This document shows, piece by piece, positions 38,148 through 51,231 of a DNA stretch of 64,000 nt; position 1 is the first letter of the stretch, and each line of letters opens with the position of its first letter. Source of the stretch: Mobula hypostoma (taxonomy: Eukaryota); NCBI RefSeq assembly GCF_963921235.1, contig NC_086108.1, forward strand, positions 89,964,001-90,028,000, read 5' to 3'. The notes under the pieces were generated by a model that did not search any database, was not told the origin of the DNA, and saw only the letters and a program-made list of their open reading frames with translations. A program made the translations under genes and the position numbers.

Positions 38148-38650
38148 AAAACCATAAGACATAGGAGCAGAATTAGGCCATTTGATCCATCAAGTCTACT
38201 CTGCCATTCAATCATATCTGATCCTTTTCACCCCTCTTCAGCTCCACTTCCTGGCCTTCTTCCCTCAGACCTTGACGCCATGAATAATCAAGAACCTATC
38301 AAGCTCTGCCTTAAATACACCCAACCACCTGGCGTCCACCACACTCTGGCGAAAGAAATTTCTCCACACCTCTGTTTTAAGAGGGTGCCCATCTATCCTG
38401 AGGCTGTACCCTCTTGTCGTGGACTCCCCCACCATGGGAACCATCCTTTCCACATCTACTCTGTCCAGGACTTTCAACATTCTGAAAATTTCAATGAGAT
38501 CCCACCTCATCCTTCTAAATTCCAATGAGTACAGACCCAGAGCCATCATATAGTAACCCTTTCATTCCTGGAATCATCTTTGTGAACCTCCTCTGAACCC
38601 CCTCCAACGCCAACACTTCTTTTCGTAGATGAGGAGCCCAAAAGTATTCT
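38148..38650 (-). mobile_element. CR1 LINE 3' end
   Basis: ORF MALGLYSLEFRRMRWDLIE...; CCATAAGACATAGGAGCAG tail. Confidence 0.85.
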
Positions 38651-39492
38651 GAGTTGCTGTTCCTCAAACTAACACTGGGCCCCATTATGACAATGCAGAA
38701 AACCACAGTCAGATAGTTGAAAGTGAGGTAGAGAATTCAAGTAGCTTTTACACTGGTTTGCCTGACCTGCTCAATGTTTCCTGCTTTTTCCTTTCCTTTA
38801 GTTCAGTTTTGCATGATCACTTTCATCTCACTAGCATATGTGCTGGATCTGTTCAAATACGTGGTTGAATGAAAAAGGATGCATGCGTACCTAACTTGCA
38901 CTTATCCAGTTCTGCTCTTCTACTTTCAACAAACCGGAGTGGAGCACTCAGCCCAACAGTGGTTCTGAGAATTCAGGGCTGAATTATGCAAAATCTTGCA
39001 GCACATCTTTAAGTACCACTTCCCGAAAGGCCAAATCAGATCCGTCCTTTAATGTTGGCTTTACATGGCAAGTGCCTGATGCATTCCCGGAGAGAAATAT
39101 GTGAAATCTTGCCGTAAGATAATTGCCCTTCATTTGCATAGGATTTGCACCTTTAATGAAGCTCTTGCACATTTTGAGAGAGAGCTTGGAAGGTCACATG
39201 ATGCACTAATCAGACAGGGATCTGGCTGATTCCCTGGTCTTTGTAAATGCATTCTATACTGGCAACAGAAATCTGGCAGGCAGTAAATTTTACCCCTAAA
39301 TTCATGCACTGACTTCCCACATTTTGTGATACTTGGGTAGCATAACTTTGCTGGCAATCTCAAAATATCAGTAAAATCTTTCTCTTACTGGCTTTCTGTA
39401 ATTTGGACTGATAAACTTCACGTTTTTCTTATTGCTTGAACTCACTCTATGGATAAATTGATTTGTGATTGCCATTAATTGTTGACAGAATA

Positions 39493-39927
39493 TGGTGTGA
39501 CACAGGGTAAAAACACCAGCTAATGGAGGTTCCTGGATGGCGGGGTGGAGATACATCTCTACCAAAGGAGGTGTGGGGCACTCCTTCCCTCTGCTAGCCT
39601 GCACATCGCCCTTGGGCAGTGTAAGCACCTGTTTAGCCACCCCCCCAACCCTCCAACCAGGGTCACGTGTAGCCATGGGGAGCAGGTGGCAGATGGTTGT
39701 ATGAGCAGCTGGTGCATATCACAAGTTCTGGTAATGCGACCACTGATGCCAATTAGGCAATCTCTGAAGAGTATTGTTAATGGCTGGTGTCAGCCATCTT
39801 GTAAAGACACTGCCCAAAAGACAATTGCAAACCACGTCTGTAGAAAAATTTGCCAAGAACAATCATGGTCATGGAAAGACTGTGATCACCTACGTCATAT
39901 GGCATGGCACATGATGATGATGATGAA
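39493..39927 (+). mobile_element. RTE-related non-autonomous element with (TGA)n tail
   Basis: TTGCAAACCACGTCTGTAGAAAAATTTGCCAAGAACAATCATGG RTE-type motif; ends ATGATGATGATGATGA. Confidence 0.55.
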
Positions 39928-40009
39928 TGGAAGTTCAACATAAAATAGAATAGTTTGATTTGCAGTATCAATGTATCATCTTCACAGGGGTGAATATTTA
40001 CTACTATGG

Positions 40010-40135
40010 CTTCATCCCCCATCTTTTCCAGTCTTGATGAAGGGTATCAGCCTGAAACATAGACTGTTTATTCCTTTCTATAGATGCTGCCTGACCTGCT
40101 GAGTTCCTCCAGCATTTTGTATGCATTACTCTTGT
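40010..40135 (+). mobile_element. PLE terminal fragment with HHR remnant
   Basis: AGTC-TTGATGA-AGGGTATCAGCCT-GAAA-CATA-GACT. Confidence 0.75.
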
Positions 40136-41311
40136 CTTCATGTTACTAATAATCCCATTTAAGTATTCCCATGCACATACTTCATTTAATGAGGCATGAA
40201 GAGAAGACCTGGATTTATTGAGTCTCGCCAGCAGTTCATTGTGGATAAATATGAGTTTATCCACTTTGGTGGTATCAACAGGAAGAAAGACCATTATCTA
40301 AATGATGACTGTAAAAGGGGGAGGTGCAAAAGGACCTGGGTGTCTATGGGCACCAGTCACTGAAAATAAATGCACAAGTGAAGCAGGCAATTAAGAAGGC
40401 AAATTGCATTTTGGCAATTATAGGGAGAGGATTCAAGTAAGTTGCTCGAATTATGCAGAGCACACATTAAATATTGTGTCTAATTTTGGTTGCCTTTATC
40501 TGAGTGAGGATGCTGTTGTTGTGAAGGGAGTTCAGCATATTTTGCTACACTGAGTGCTGGCATGGCAGGGATGATGCATAAAGGGTGATTGTATCAACTA
40601 GCCTTATATTTACAAGGGTTTAGAAAGCTGAGAGGAGATCTCATAGGAACCTTCAGCAGAACTGGACAGATTAAATGTGGGTAGAATGCACCCAGATACT
40701 TCAATTGTTTTTGTAGTAGGGAATTCTACAGGTTCATTGCTCTTGGGGAGAAGAAATTCCGCTGTGACTCCTGAAAATGGAGGTTTATGGCTTTCCTTGT
40801 TCACCCACATCACCCAATCACATTACACAAAGTCCGTGTTGTTTAGTCGTTAAATTGAGTCTGACTCTTCATGACCTCATGGACATCTGCACACCAAGCC
40901 TTATTGTTGGAAACTGCCTCTCTAATGCCTCCACCAAGGTCTTAGGCATTCTCTGAGTAATATTATCTGTCCATTGTAGCCTCTGTCATCCTCTCCTTCT
41001 TTCACCTTCTGTTTTACCTAACATGAGAGTCTTCTCCAAGGAATCCTGTCTTCTCATGATGTGGCCAAAATATTTGAGCTTTTGTCTCATAATCAAGCCT
41101 CCTAGTAAGCAGTCTGTCTGTATTTCTTCAAGTATTGACTTGTGGATCTTCTTGCTGTACAACAAGCTTTTAACACTTTCCTCCAGCATCTAAGTTTAAA
41201 GGTGTCAATTGTTTTGTATTCAGCCTTACTAATAGTCCAGCTCTCACAGTCATACATCACAACTGGAGATACCATAGACTTGACTATACAGATCTTTGTA
41301 GACAATGTTAT

Positions 41312-43644
41312 AAGACCATAAGATAGAGGAGCAGAAGCAGGCCATTCGGCCCATGGGTTCTGCTCTGCCATTTAATCATGTGCTGATCCGGTCATCTTCC
41401 GGTCTTCCAGTCATCCCCACGCCCCAGCCTTCACCCCATACCTTTGATGCCCTGGCTAATCAAGAACCTATCTATCTCTGCCTTAAATACACCCAATGAC
41501 TTGGCCTCCACACTGTCTGACTAAAGTAATTTTTCTGCATCTCTGTTCTGAATGGATGCCCTTCAATCCTGAAGTTGTGCCCTCTTGTCCTAGACTCCCC
41601 TACCATGGGAAATAACTTTGCTATATCTAATCTCTTCAAGTCTTTTAAAATTTGAATGTTTCATGGAACATAGAACATAGAATAGTACAGCACATTACAG
41701 GCCCTTCGGCCCACAATGTTGTGCCGACCCTCAAATCCTGCCTCCCATATAATCCCCCACCTTAAATTCCTCCATATACCTGTCTAGTAGTCTCTTAAAC
41801 TTCGCTAGTGTATCTGCCTCCACCACTGACTCAGGCAGTGCATTCTATGCACGAACCACTCTCTGAGTAAAAAACCTTCCTCTAATTTCCCCCTTGAACT
41901 TCCCACCCCTTACCTTAAAGCCATGTCCTCTTGTATTGAGTAGTGGTGCCCTGGCTATCCACTCTATCTATTCCTCTTAATATCTTGTACACCTGTATCA
42001 TGTCTCCTCTCATCCTCCTTCTCTCCAAAGAATAAACCCCTAGGTCCCTTATTCTCTGATCATAATCCATACTTTCTAAACCAGGCAGCATCCTGGTAAA
42101 TCTCCTCTGTACCCTTTCCAATGCTTCCACATCCTTCCTATAGTGAGGCGACCAGAACTGGACACAGTACTCCAAGTGTGGCCTAACTGGAGTTTTATAG
42201 AGCTGCATCATTACCTTGCGACTTTAAAACTCTATTCCTCGACTTATGAAAGCTAACACTCCATAAGCTTTCTTAACTACCCTATCTACCTGTGAGGCAA
42301 CTTTCAGGGATCTGTGGACATGTACCCCAAGATCCCTCTGCTCCTCCACACTACCAAGTATCTTGCCATTTACTTTGTACTCTGCCTTGGAGTTTGTCCT
42401 TCCAAAGTGTACCACCTCACACTTCTCCAGGTTGAACTCCATCTGCCACTTCTCAGCCCACTTCTGCATCCTATCAACGTCTCTCAGCAATCTTCGACAA
42501 TCGTCTACACTATCTGCAACACCACCAAACTTTGTGTCGTCTGCAAACTTTCTATGAGACCACACCTCATTCTCCTGAACTCCAGGGAATACAGCCCAAG
42601 AGCTGCCAGACGGTCCTCATAAAGTAACCCTTTCATTCCTGGAATCATTCTCGTGAATCTTCTCTGAACCCTCTCCAATGTCAGTATATCCTTTCTCAAA
42701 TGAGGAGCCTCAAACTGCACACAATACTCCAAGTGCAGTCTCACGAGTGCCTTATAGAGCCTCAACATCACATCCCTGCTCTTATTTTCTATACCTCTAG
42801 AAATGAATGCCAACATTGCATTTGCCTTCTTCACCACTGACGTTTAGGGTATCCTGCATACGAGGACTCCCAAGTCCCTTTGCATCTCTGCATTTTGAAT
42901 TCTCTCCCCATCTAAATAATAGTCTGCTTGTTTATTTCTTCTACCAAAGTGCATGACCATACACTTTCCAACATTGCATTTCATTTGCCAATTCTTTGCC
43001 CATTCCCCTAAACTATCGCTCTGCAAGTTTTCTGTTTCCTCAACACTACCCACTCCTGCACCTATCTTTTGTATCATCAGCAAATTTAGCCACAAAACCA
43101 TTAATCCCATAGTCCAAATCATTGATATACATCGTAAAAAGCAGTAGTCCCAATACCGACCCCTGTGGAACTCCACTGGTAACCAGCAGCCAGCCAGAAT
43201 AGAATACCTTTATTCCCACTCTCTGTTTTCTGCCGATCAGCCAATGCTCCACCCATGCTAGTAACTTCCCTGTAATTCCACGCTTCTTATCTTGCTAAGC
43301 AGCCTCACGTGCTGCACCTTGTCAAAGGCCTTCTGAAAATCCAAGTACACCACATCTACTGCTTCTCCTTTGTCTGTCCTGCTTGGAATTTCCTCAAAAA
43401 ATTGCAGTAGGTTAGTCAGGCAGGATTTTCCTTTCAGGAAACCACGCAGGCTTTGGCCTATCTTGTCATGTTCCTCCAGGTATTCCGTAATCACATCTCT
43501 AACAATCAATTTTAACAACTTCCCAACCACTGATGTCAGGCTAACAGGTCTATAGTTTCCTTTCTGCTGCCTCCCACCCTTCTTAAATAGCAGAGTAACA
43601 TTTGCAATTTTCCAGTCATTTAGTACAATGCCAGAATCTATTAA
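41312..43644 (-). mobile_element. CR1 LINE inserted in BovB-like element, itself split at 41664-42548
   Basis: [32 protein letters not shown] duplicated at 41308-41311 and 43645-43648. Confidence 0.88.
41664..42548 (-). mobile_element. Second CR1 subfamily nested in the first
   Basis: KFADDTKFGG...WAEKWQMEFN; RPHLEYCVQFWSPHYRKD; (CATAGAA)n tail. Confidence 0.88.
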
Positions 43645-44342
43645 TTATGTCTCTGCTCTTCAGTATTTTATCTAAATTTGCCTTCACTGCCCTCCACAGA
43701 AGTAAGCGCCATTTAATTCCATGGCTGCAGTCACCATCTATAGAAATCTTTGAATTGAGGAAGTCAAAACCCATCACTGTTTCCACTTCCTTCCCATTTA
43801 TTACCACGTAATTAATAGGGCTGGTCGACATAATCTTAATTTTCTTAAAATGAACAGCTAGTCAGCTTTTGTACTTTCTTCTTTCACTTTGATTAGAAGC
43901 CTCCTCAGATCCTCCTCTCTTTCAGCCATTAGAGTAGCATCATCTGCATATCTGAGGTTGTTAATATTTCATTCGACAATTTTGATTCCAACATTTGAGT
44001 CCTCTAGATCAGCTTCCTCATGACGTGTTCAACATATAGATTAAATAAGGAGGGTGACAGTAAGCAGCCTTGTCATACTCCTTTCCCAGTCTTGAACCAG
44101 ATTGTTGTTCCATGTTCAGCTCTAACTATTGCTTCTTGATCTTCATACAAGTTTCTCATAAGGCAGATCAGATGTCCATGTATCCCCATTTCTTTAAGGA
44201 TATGCCATAGTTTATGATGGTCCACAGTGTCGAAGGCTTTAGAGTAGTCAGTAAAACATAGATACCTGTAAATACTTTTCTGGAATTCCCTCGGTTTCTC
44301 CATTATCCAGCACAAGTTAGCAATTTGATCTCTGGTGCCCCT

Positions 44343-45723
44343 TGTCATGGTCTGGTCCGTGAAGTCCGTGTTCCGGGTCACGGTCCGGTCCATGGTTCCT
44401 TGTTCCGGTGTTTCTGGTTTTCCCCAGTTTCTGTTGTGGGCACATGATTCTCATTTTGGGGCTGAGACATAAATACCTCTGCAAGCTAGGGATTCCCTGC
44501 TGGACTGTCCTGTTCTCCTCCCTGTCTTCCCCCACTCCTCCTTGCCTGACTTTCTGCCTGCATACCTCACCTGACTCTCTGACTGGATACCTTGCCTGCA
44601 CCACTGTCGAGTTTAATTGCCAATGCAGAAATGGAACTGTCTGTCGTTCTTTGGCGTTTGTCTCCTCTTGTCCTCGCCTCTGTGGGGTAAGTCAGGCTGT
44701 TCTGTTGTTGCCCTGTGGGGGGACCTGTCTTGTCTTGTCTTTGCCTCTTTTGGGTAAGAACAGCTGTTCTACTGTTACCTGATGGATGGTCCTGTCCCAC
44801 CTTGGTGTGGAGATGAGTCCTGGCTTGTCTAAGTTTAAGTCCTGGCTCTGTCTATGTACTGTACTGTCTCATGTTGGTGTAGTGTTGAAGATAAGTCCTG
44901 GCTTTTTGAAGGATAAGTCCCAGCTCAATGTTGATGTACAGTTCCCAGTCTGTCTCTGAGCTCCAGCCTCGGAGTTATCAGCCTCTGCATTCCAAGACCC
45001 CAAGACCCCCAGCCTGTCTGTGAGCCCCAAGACCCAAGACCCCCAGCCTGTCTGCGAGCCCCAAGACCCAAGACCCCCAGCCTGTCTGCGAGCCCCAAGA
45101 CCCAAGACCCCCAGCCTGTCTGCGAGCCCCAAGACCCAAGACCCCCAGCCTGTCTGTGAGCCCCAAGACCCAAGACCCCCAGCCTGTCTGCGAGCCCCAA
45201 GACCCAAGACCCCCAGCCTGTCTGCGAGCCCCAAGACCCAAGACCCCCAGCCTGTCTGCGAGCCCCAAGACCCAAGACCCCCAGCCTGTCTGTGAGCCCC
45301 AAGACCCAAGACCCCCAGCCTGTCTGCGAGCCCCAAGACCCAAGACCCCCAGCCTGTCTGCGAGCCCCAAGACCCAAGACCCCCAGCCTGTCTGCGAGCC
45401 CCAAGACCCAAGACCCCCAGCCTGTCTGCGAGCCCCAAGACCCAAGACCCCCAGCCTGTCTGTGAGCCCCAAGACCCAAGACCCCCAGCCTCCAGTCCTG
45501 CAGTCATGTTATGTCCATGCCTTGTTCTGGGGCCCAAGCCCGAAGCATGACCCAGGTTCTGGGTCCTTTTCCAGTCTCTGGCTTGGGGTCCAAGCACATA
45601 TCTGCGTTATTGTCCCTGCTCCTTGTCTGTATCCTGTCACATCCCTACTCTAGTCAAGCTGTTCCTTGTACTTCAGTGTCTGTGTCTTTCATTTGGGTCC
45701 ACCACCAACGCCCCATTGTGACA
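44343..45723 (+). mobile_element. Solo LTR (1381 bp, probably Gypsy) with 5-bp TSD CCCCT
   Basis: TGTCA...TGACA termini; CCCCT at 44338-44342 and 45724-45728; removal restores the BovB GFRRGRGTRDQ codons. Confidence 0.85.
44992..45491. repeat. 34-bp minisatellite, ~14.5 copies
   Basis: Unit CCCAAGACCCAAGACCCCCAGCCTGTCTG(C/T)GAGC, counted directly. Confidence 0.98.
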
Positions 45724-46440
45724 CCCCTGCCTCTTCTAAAACCAGTCAGTTCTTGTTCGATATATCATTGGAGTCTTGCTTGCACGATCATGATCATTAC
45801 CTTGTGAGCATGTGAAATTGTTTGGTAATTTGAACACTCCCTTATATTTCCCTTCTTGGGAATTGGGATATGAACTGATCTTTTCCAGTCTAAAGGCCTT
45901 TGTTGGGTTTTCCAGATCTGCTGGCAAATTGCATGCAACACTTTTACAGCATCACCTTTTAAGGTTTTAAACAATTCAGCTGGGATCCTGTCACATCCTG
46001 CAGCCTTATTATTGGCAATGTTTTCTATCACCCATTTGACTTCACTTTCCAGAACATCCAGCTCTAGATCAATGAGGGAATCATTACAGGTGTCTTCGCT
46101 GTTGGGATCTCTCCTGTACAATTCTTCTGTGTATTCCTGCCATCTCTTTTTGATGTCGTCTGCTTCTGTAAGGTCCTTCCCTTCTATGTCTTTTGTTATA
46201 CTCATTTTTGCTTGAAATGTTCCTTTGATTTATCTAATCTTCTTGAATAGATCTCTTGTTTTTTCCAATTCTGTTGGCTTCTTCAGCAATCTCCATTTGT
46301 TCCAATCTCCATTGGCCTTCACTTCTCCTCGCTGCTGAACCACTTGTAGATCCTCCACAGAAAGCCATTTTGCTTTCCTGGTCTTCTTTTTGTTTGCAAT
46401 ATTTTTTGTGTTGCCACTTGTATAATGCTCCCTACTTCTA

Positions 46441-47466
46441 TCCTGATGACTGGGAGAAATTCAGAGTCCAGCGGAGGAGGACAAAGGGCTTAATTAGGAA
46501 AGCGAAAAAAGATTGAGAGAAAACTGGCAGGGAACATAAAAACTGACTGTAGAAGTTTTTATAGATAAGTGAAAAGAAAAAGATTGGTTAAGACAAATAT
46601 AGGTCCCTTACAGTCAGAAACAGGTGAATTGATCATGGGGAATAAGGACATGGCAGACCAATTGAATAACTACTTTGGTTCTGCCTTCAATAAGGAGGAC
46701 ATAAATAATCTTCCAGAAATAGCAGGGGACAGAGGGTCCAGTGAAATGGAGGAACTGAGTGAAATACATGTTAGTAGGGAAGTGGTGTTAGGTAAATTGA
46801 AGGGATTGAAGGCAGATAAATCCCCCGGGCCAGATGGTCTGCATCCTAGAGTGCTTAAGGAAGTAGCCCAAGAAATAGTGGATGCATTAGTGATAATTTT
46901 TCAAAACTCGTTAGATTCTGGACTAGTTCCTGAGGATTGGAGGGTGGCTAATGTAACTCCACTTTTTAAAAAAGGAGGGAGAGAGAAACCGGGGAATTAT
47001 AGACCGGTTAGCCTAACGTCGGTGGTGGGGAAACTGCTGGAGTCAGTTATCAAGGATGTGATAACAGCACATTTGGAAAGCGGTGAAATGATCGGACAAA
47101 GTCAGCATGGATTTGTGAAAGGAAAATCATGTCTGACGAATCTCATAGAATTTTTTGAGGATGTAACTAGTAGAGTGGATAGGGGAGAACCAGTGGATGT
47201 GGTATATTTGGATTTTCAAAAGGCTTTTGACAAGATCCCACACAGGAGATTAGTGTGCAAACTTAAAGCACACGGTATTGGGGGTAAGGTATTGGTGTGG
47301 GTGGAGAATTGGTTAGCAGACAAGAAGCAAAGAGTGGGAATAAACGGGACCTTTTCAGAATGGCAGGCGGTGACTAGTGGGGTACCGCAAGGCTCAGTGC
47401 TGGGACCCCAGTTGTTTACAATATATATTAATGACTTAGACGAGGGTATTAAATGCAGCATCTCCA
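46441..47466 (+). mobile_element. CR1 LINE internal fragment (RT domain to just before FADD)
   Basis: ORF 46569-47528: [43 protein letters not shown]; no 3' tail. Confidence 0.92.
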
Positions 47467-49800
47467 TCTACCAGCATACCATTCGCCTTTTTCACCGCCT
47501 GCTGTACCTGCATGCCCACTTTCAATGACTGGTATATAATGACACCAGGTCTCATTGCACCTCTGCTTTTCCTAATTGGCCACCAGTCAGATAATAATCT
47601 GTTTTCCTGTTTTTGCCACCAAAGTGGATAACCTCACATTTTATCCACATTAAGTTGCATCTGCCATGAATTTGCTCACTCACCTAACCTATCCAAGTCA
47701 CCCTGCATCCTCTTAGCATCCTCCTCACAGCTAACACTGCCGCCCAGCTTCGTGTCATCCGCAAACTTGGAGATGCTGAATTTAATTCCCTCGTCTAAGT
47801 CATTAATATATATTGTAAACAACTGGGGTCCCAGCACTGAGCCTTGCGGTACCCCACTAGTCACTGCCTGCCATTTTGAAAAGGTGCCGTTTATTCCCAC
47901 TCTTTGCTTCCTGTCTGCTAACCAATTCTCCACCCACACCAATACCTTACCCCCAATACCGTGTGCTTTAAGTTTGCACACTAATCTCCTGTGTGGGACG
48001 TTGTCAAAAGCCTTTTGAAAATCCAATATACTACATCCACTGGTTCTCCTCTATCCACTCTACTAGTTACATCCTCAAAAAAAATTCTGAGATTTGTCAT
48101 ACATGATTTTCGTTTCACAAATCCATGCTGACTTTGTCTGATGATTTCACCGCTTTCCAAATGTGCTGTTATCACATCTTTGATAATTGACTCTAGCATT
48201 TTCCCCATCACCGATGTCAGGCTTACCGGTCTATAATTCCCAGGTTTCTCTCTCCCTTTTTTAAGAAGCGGGGTTACATTAGCCACCCTCCAATCCTCAG
48301 GAACTAATCCAGAATCTAACGAGTTTTGAAAAATTATCACTAATGCATCCACTATTTCTTGGGCTACTTCCTTAAGCACCCTGGGATGCAGACCAACTGG
48401 CCCTGGGGATTTATCTGCCTTTAATCCCTTCAATTTACCGAACACCACTTCCCTACTAACATGAATTTCCCTCAGTTCCTCCATCTCACTGGACCCTCTG
48501 TCCCCTACTATTTCCGGAAGATTATTTATGTCCTCAGTGAAGACAGAACCAAAGTAATTATTCAATTGGTCTGCCATGTCCTTGCTCCCCATAATCAATT
48601 CACCTGTTTCTGTCTGTAGGGGACCTACATTTGTCTTAACCAATCTTTTTCTTTTCACATATATATAAAAGCTTTTACAGTCAGTTTTTATGTTCCCTGC
48701 CAGCTTCCTCTCATAATCTTTTTTCCCTTTCCTAATTAAGCCCTTTGTCCTCCTCTGCTGGACTCTGAATTTCTCCCAGTCCTCAGGTGTGCTGCTTTTT
48801 CTGGCTAATTTGTATGTTTCTTCTTTAGAATTAATACTATCCCTAATTTCCCTTGTCAGCCACAGGTGCACTATCTTCCCTGGTTTATTCTTTTGCCAAA
48901 CTGGGATGAACAATTGTTGTAGTTCATCCATGCGATCTTTAAATGTTTGCCATTGCATGTCCACCGTCAACCCTTTAAGTATCATTTGCCAGTCTATCTT
49001 GGCTAATTCATATCTCATACCTTCAAAGTTACCCTTCTTTAAGTTCAGAACCTTTGTCACTGAATTAACTATATCACTCTCCAACTTAATGAAGAATTCC
49101 ACCATATTATGGTCACTGTTACGCAAGGGGCCTTGCACGACAAGATTGTTAATTAACTGTTCCTCATTGCTCAATACCCAGTCCAGAATGGCCTACTCTC
49201 TAGTTGGTTCCCCGACATGTTGGTTCAGACATCTATCCTGCATACATTCCAAGAAATCCTCTTCCTCAGCACCCTTACCAATTTGGCTCACCCAATCTAT
49301 ATGTAGATTGAAGTCACCCATTAGAACTGCTGTTCCTTTATTGCACGCATTTCTAACATCCTGTTTAATGCCATCCCCAACCTCACTACTACTGTTAGGT
49401 GGCTTGTACACAACTCCCACCAGCATTTTCTGCCCCTTAGTGTCATGCAGCTCTACCCATATCGATTCCACATCCTCCCGGCTAATGTCCTTCCTTTCTA
49501 TTACATTAATCTCCTCTCTAACCAGCAATGCCATCCCACCTCCTTTTCTTTCATGTCTACCCTACCTGATTATTGAATATCCCTGAATGTTGAGCTCCCA
49601 TCCTTGGTCACCCTGGAGCCATGTCTCTGTGATCCCAACTATATCATTCATTAATAATTATCTGCACATTCAATTCATCCACCTTTTTACGAATGCTCCT
49701 TGCATTGACACATAAAGCCTTCAGGCTTGCTTTTACAACACTCTTAGCCCTTATACAATTATGTTGAAAAGTGGCACTTTTTGAGTTTTGCTTTTTGATT
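47467..49800 (-). mobile_element. CR1 LINE ORF2 (APE endonuclease + RT), 3'-truncated
   Basis: [41 protein letters not shown]. Confidence 0.92.
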
Positions 49801-49804
49801 TACA

Positions 49805-50580
49805 GCTGATATTCTCCAGTCCAGGCAACATTCTGATGAATCTCCAGGTGTTTCCAATAGTGTGGCAACCAGAACTGTGCCTAATACTCAAAATACCTAA
49901 AAGGTTATACAGCTTCACAACTTTTATATGGAGTGTCCTGATGGATAAAGCCAAATATGCCAAGTGCCCTTTTTACCATTCTATCCACTTCTGTATCCAT
50001 TTTTAGGGAGCTATGGATATGTGGCCCAAGCTCTCTCTGTATATCAATGCTTGGAAAGGTCCTGCCATTTATTTTACACATTACTCTTGTATTTGACTTC
50101 TCCAAGTGCAGCCCCTTTGACTTGTCTGTTTTACATTACTTTTGCTATTTCTTCACCCAAATTTTGAACTGATTGATATTCTATTGTTTCCTTTGGCAAT
50201 CTTTCTCACGATCCACAACTCCACCAATTTGCATGTTGTCTGCATACTTACAAATCAGGCCTTCGAATCAGCCAGATAATTCCTAACTATTCCAAATAAA
50301 GGAAGTCTCAACGCTGACCCTTGCAGAAAACCACTGGTTACAGTGCTCCAGTCAGAAAATCACCACTCCACTACTATCTTCTGTCTTCTATGAGCGACCC
50401 AACTTTGGATAAAATTTACTGAAAATTCAATGTGAATTAATCTACTATAAGAGTTCCCACCCTGGGGTCCACATACTCCTTGCTTTATGATATTAGTCCA
50501 TGGCATAATAAAAGGTTGGGAGCATCTGTTCTAGACCAATCTACCATGAGGGCTTTGCCAAATGCTTTACTGAAGTCCTC
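49805..50580 (-). mobile_element. Old CR1 LINE fragment
   Basis: YADNMQIGG, RFIRMLPGLE remnants. Confidence 0.65.
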
Positions 50581-51231
50581 TTTATGCTGTTCTTTACTTT
50601 ATACCCCTGATCTCTAGTCCTCATCTAAAGTGAGCAATGTGCCAATATCCACTTGATACAAACCCCTTAGCATTTTATGCTCGACCAGCAAATATCCCCT
50701 TAAGTCTTCCCTTTTCCTTAAGACAACAGTGTCAGCCTCTCCAAACTACCTTTATCAGAGGATCTTTTCTTATGTTTTTTTTGGAACCTCATCAATATCC
50801 TCAATTTACTGAGGCTTTCAAATTGAAGGCCAAGCGCATATTATTTAAAAGTCTAAGATGGATTTTCTGTTTCTCTGTTCTAAAAAGTAATTTGGTTCCA
50901 AATTCAGAATATTTTATTAATTACTCCTGCTTCCTGTCCTAGTTTATATACCAATTCCCTCAGGATGTCTTGCTCATGCATCCTTGTAGAACAGTTTCTT
51001 GAAACCTCAACATTCTTCCCACCAAGATACATCACTCAGTTCTGCATATACTTCATCTGCCAATATTTGCCCTTTCTATCAGGCTGTTTATATGATACAA
51101 TCAAAGCAGAAACTGTTAGAAACACTCTGCTCCAATTGGAGGACTTGAGAGGGAAGCCAAATTTGACATAAGTCATAATGAATATGTCCAGCAACGGTAC
51201 TTCAGTGCTGGACCCACCATTGAGCAGAATT

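Larger units (their letters stand above)
40835..46437 (-). mobile_element. RTE-BovB-like LINE in three pieces (40835-41311, 43645-44342, 45724-46437)
   Basis: DLTEADDIKKRWQEYTEELY, IPIPKKGN, GFRRGRGTRDQIANL, DYSKAFDTVDH, LRYADD, DGDCSHGIK, KSRDI|TLSTK, YFGHIMRRQDSLEKTLMLGK; BovB-type 3' end. Confidence 0.9.

Noticed and set aside
44992..45491. CRISPR-like array
   Set aside because: The repeats are contiguous with no unique spacers, there are no cas genes, and the context is eukaryotic.
44869..45653. Long repetitive ORFs in several frames
   Set aside because: They arise because the 34-bp minisatellite unit has few or no stop codons; there is no evidence of a protein.
46569..49174. 319-aa and 397-aa ORFs as functional genes
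   Set aside because: Both are internal CR1 ORF2 fragments, truncated and flanked by stops or frameshifts.
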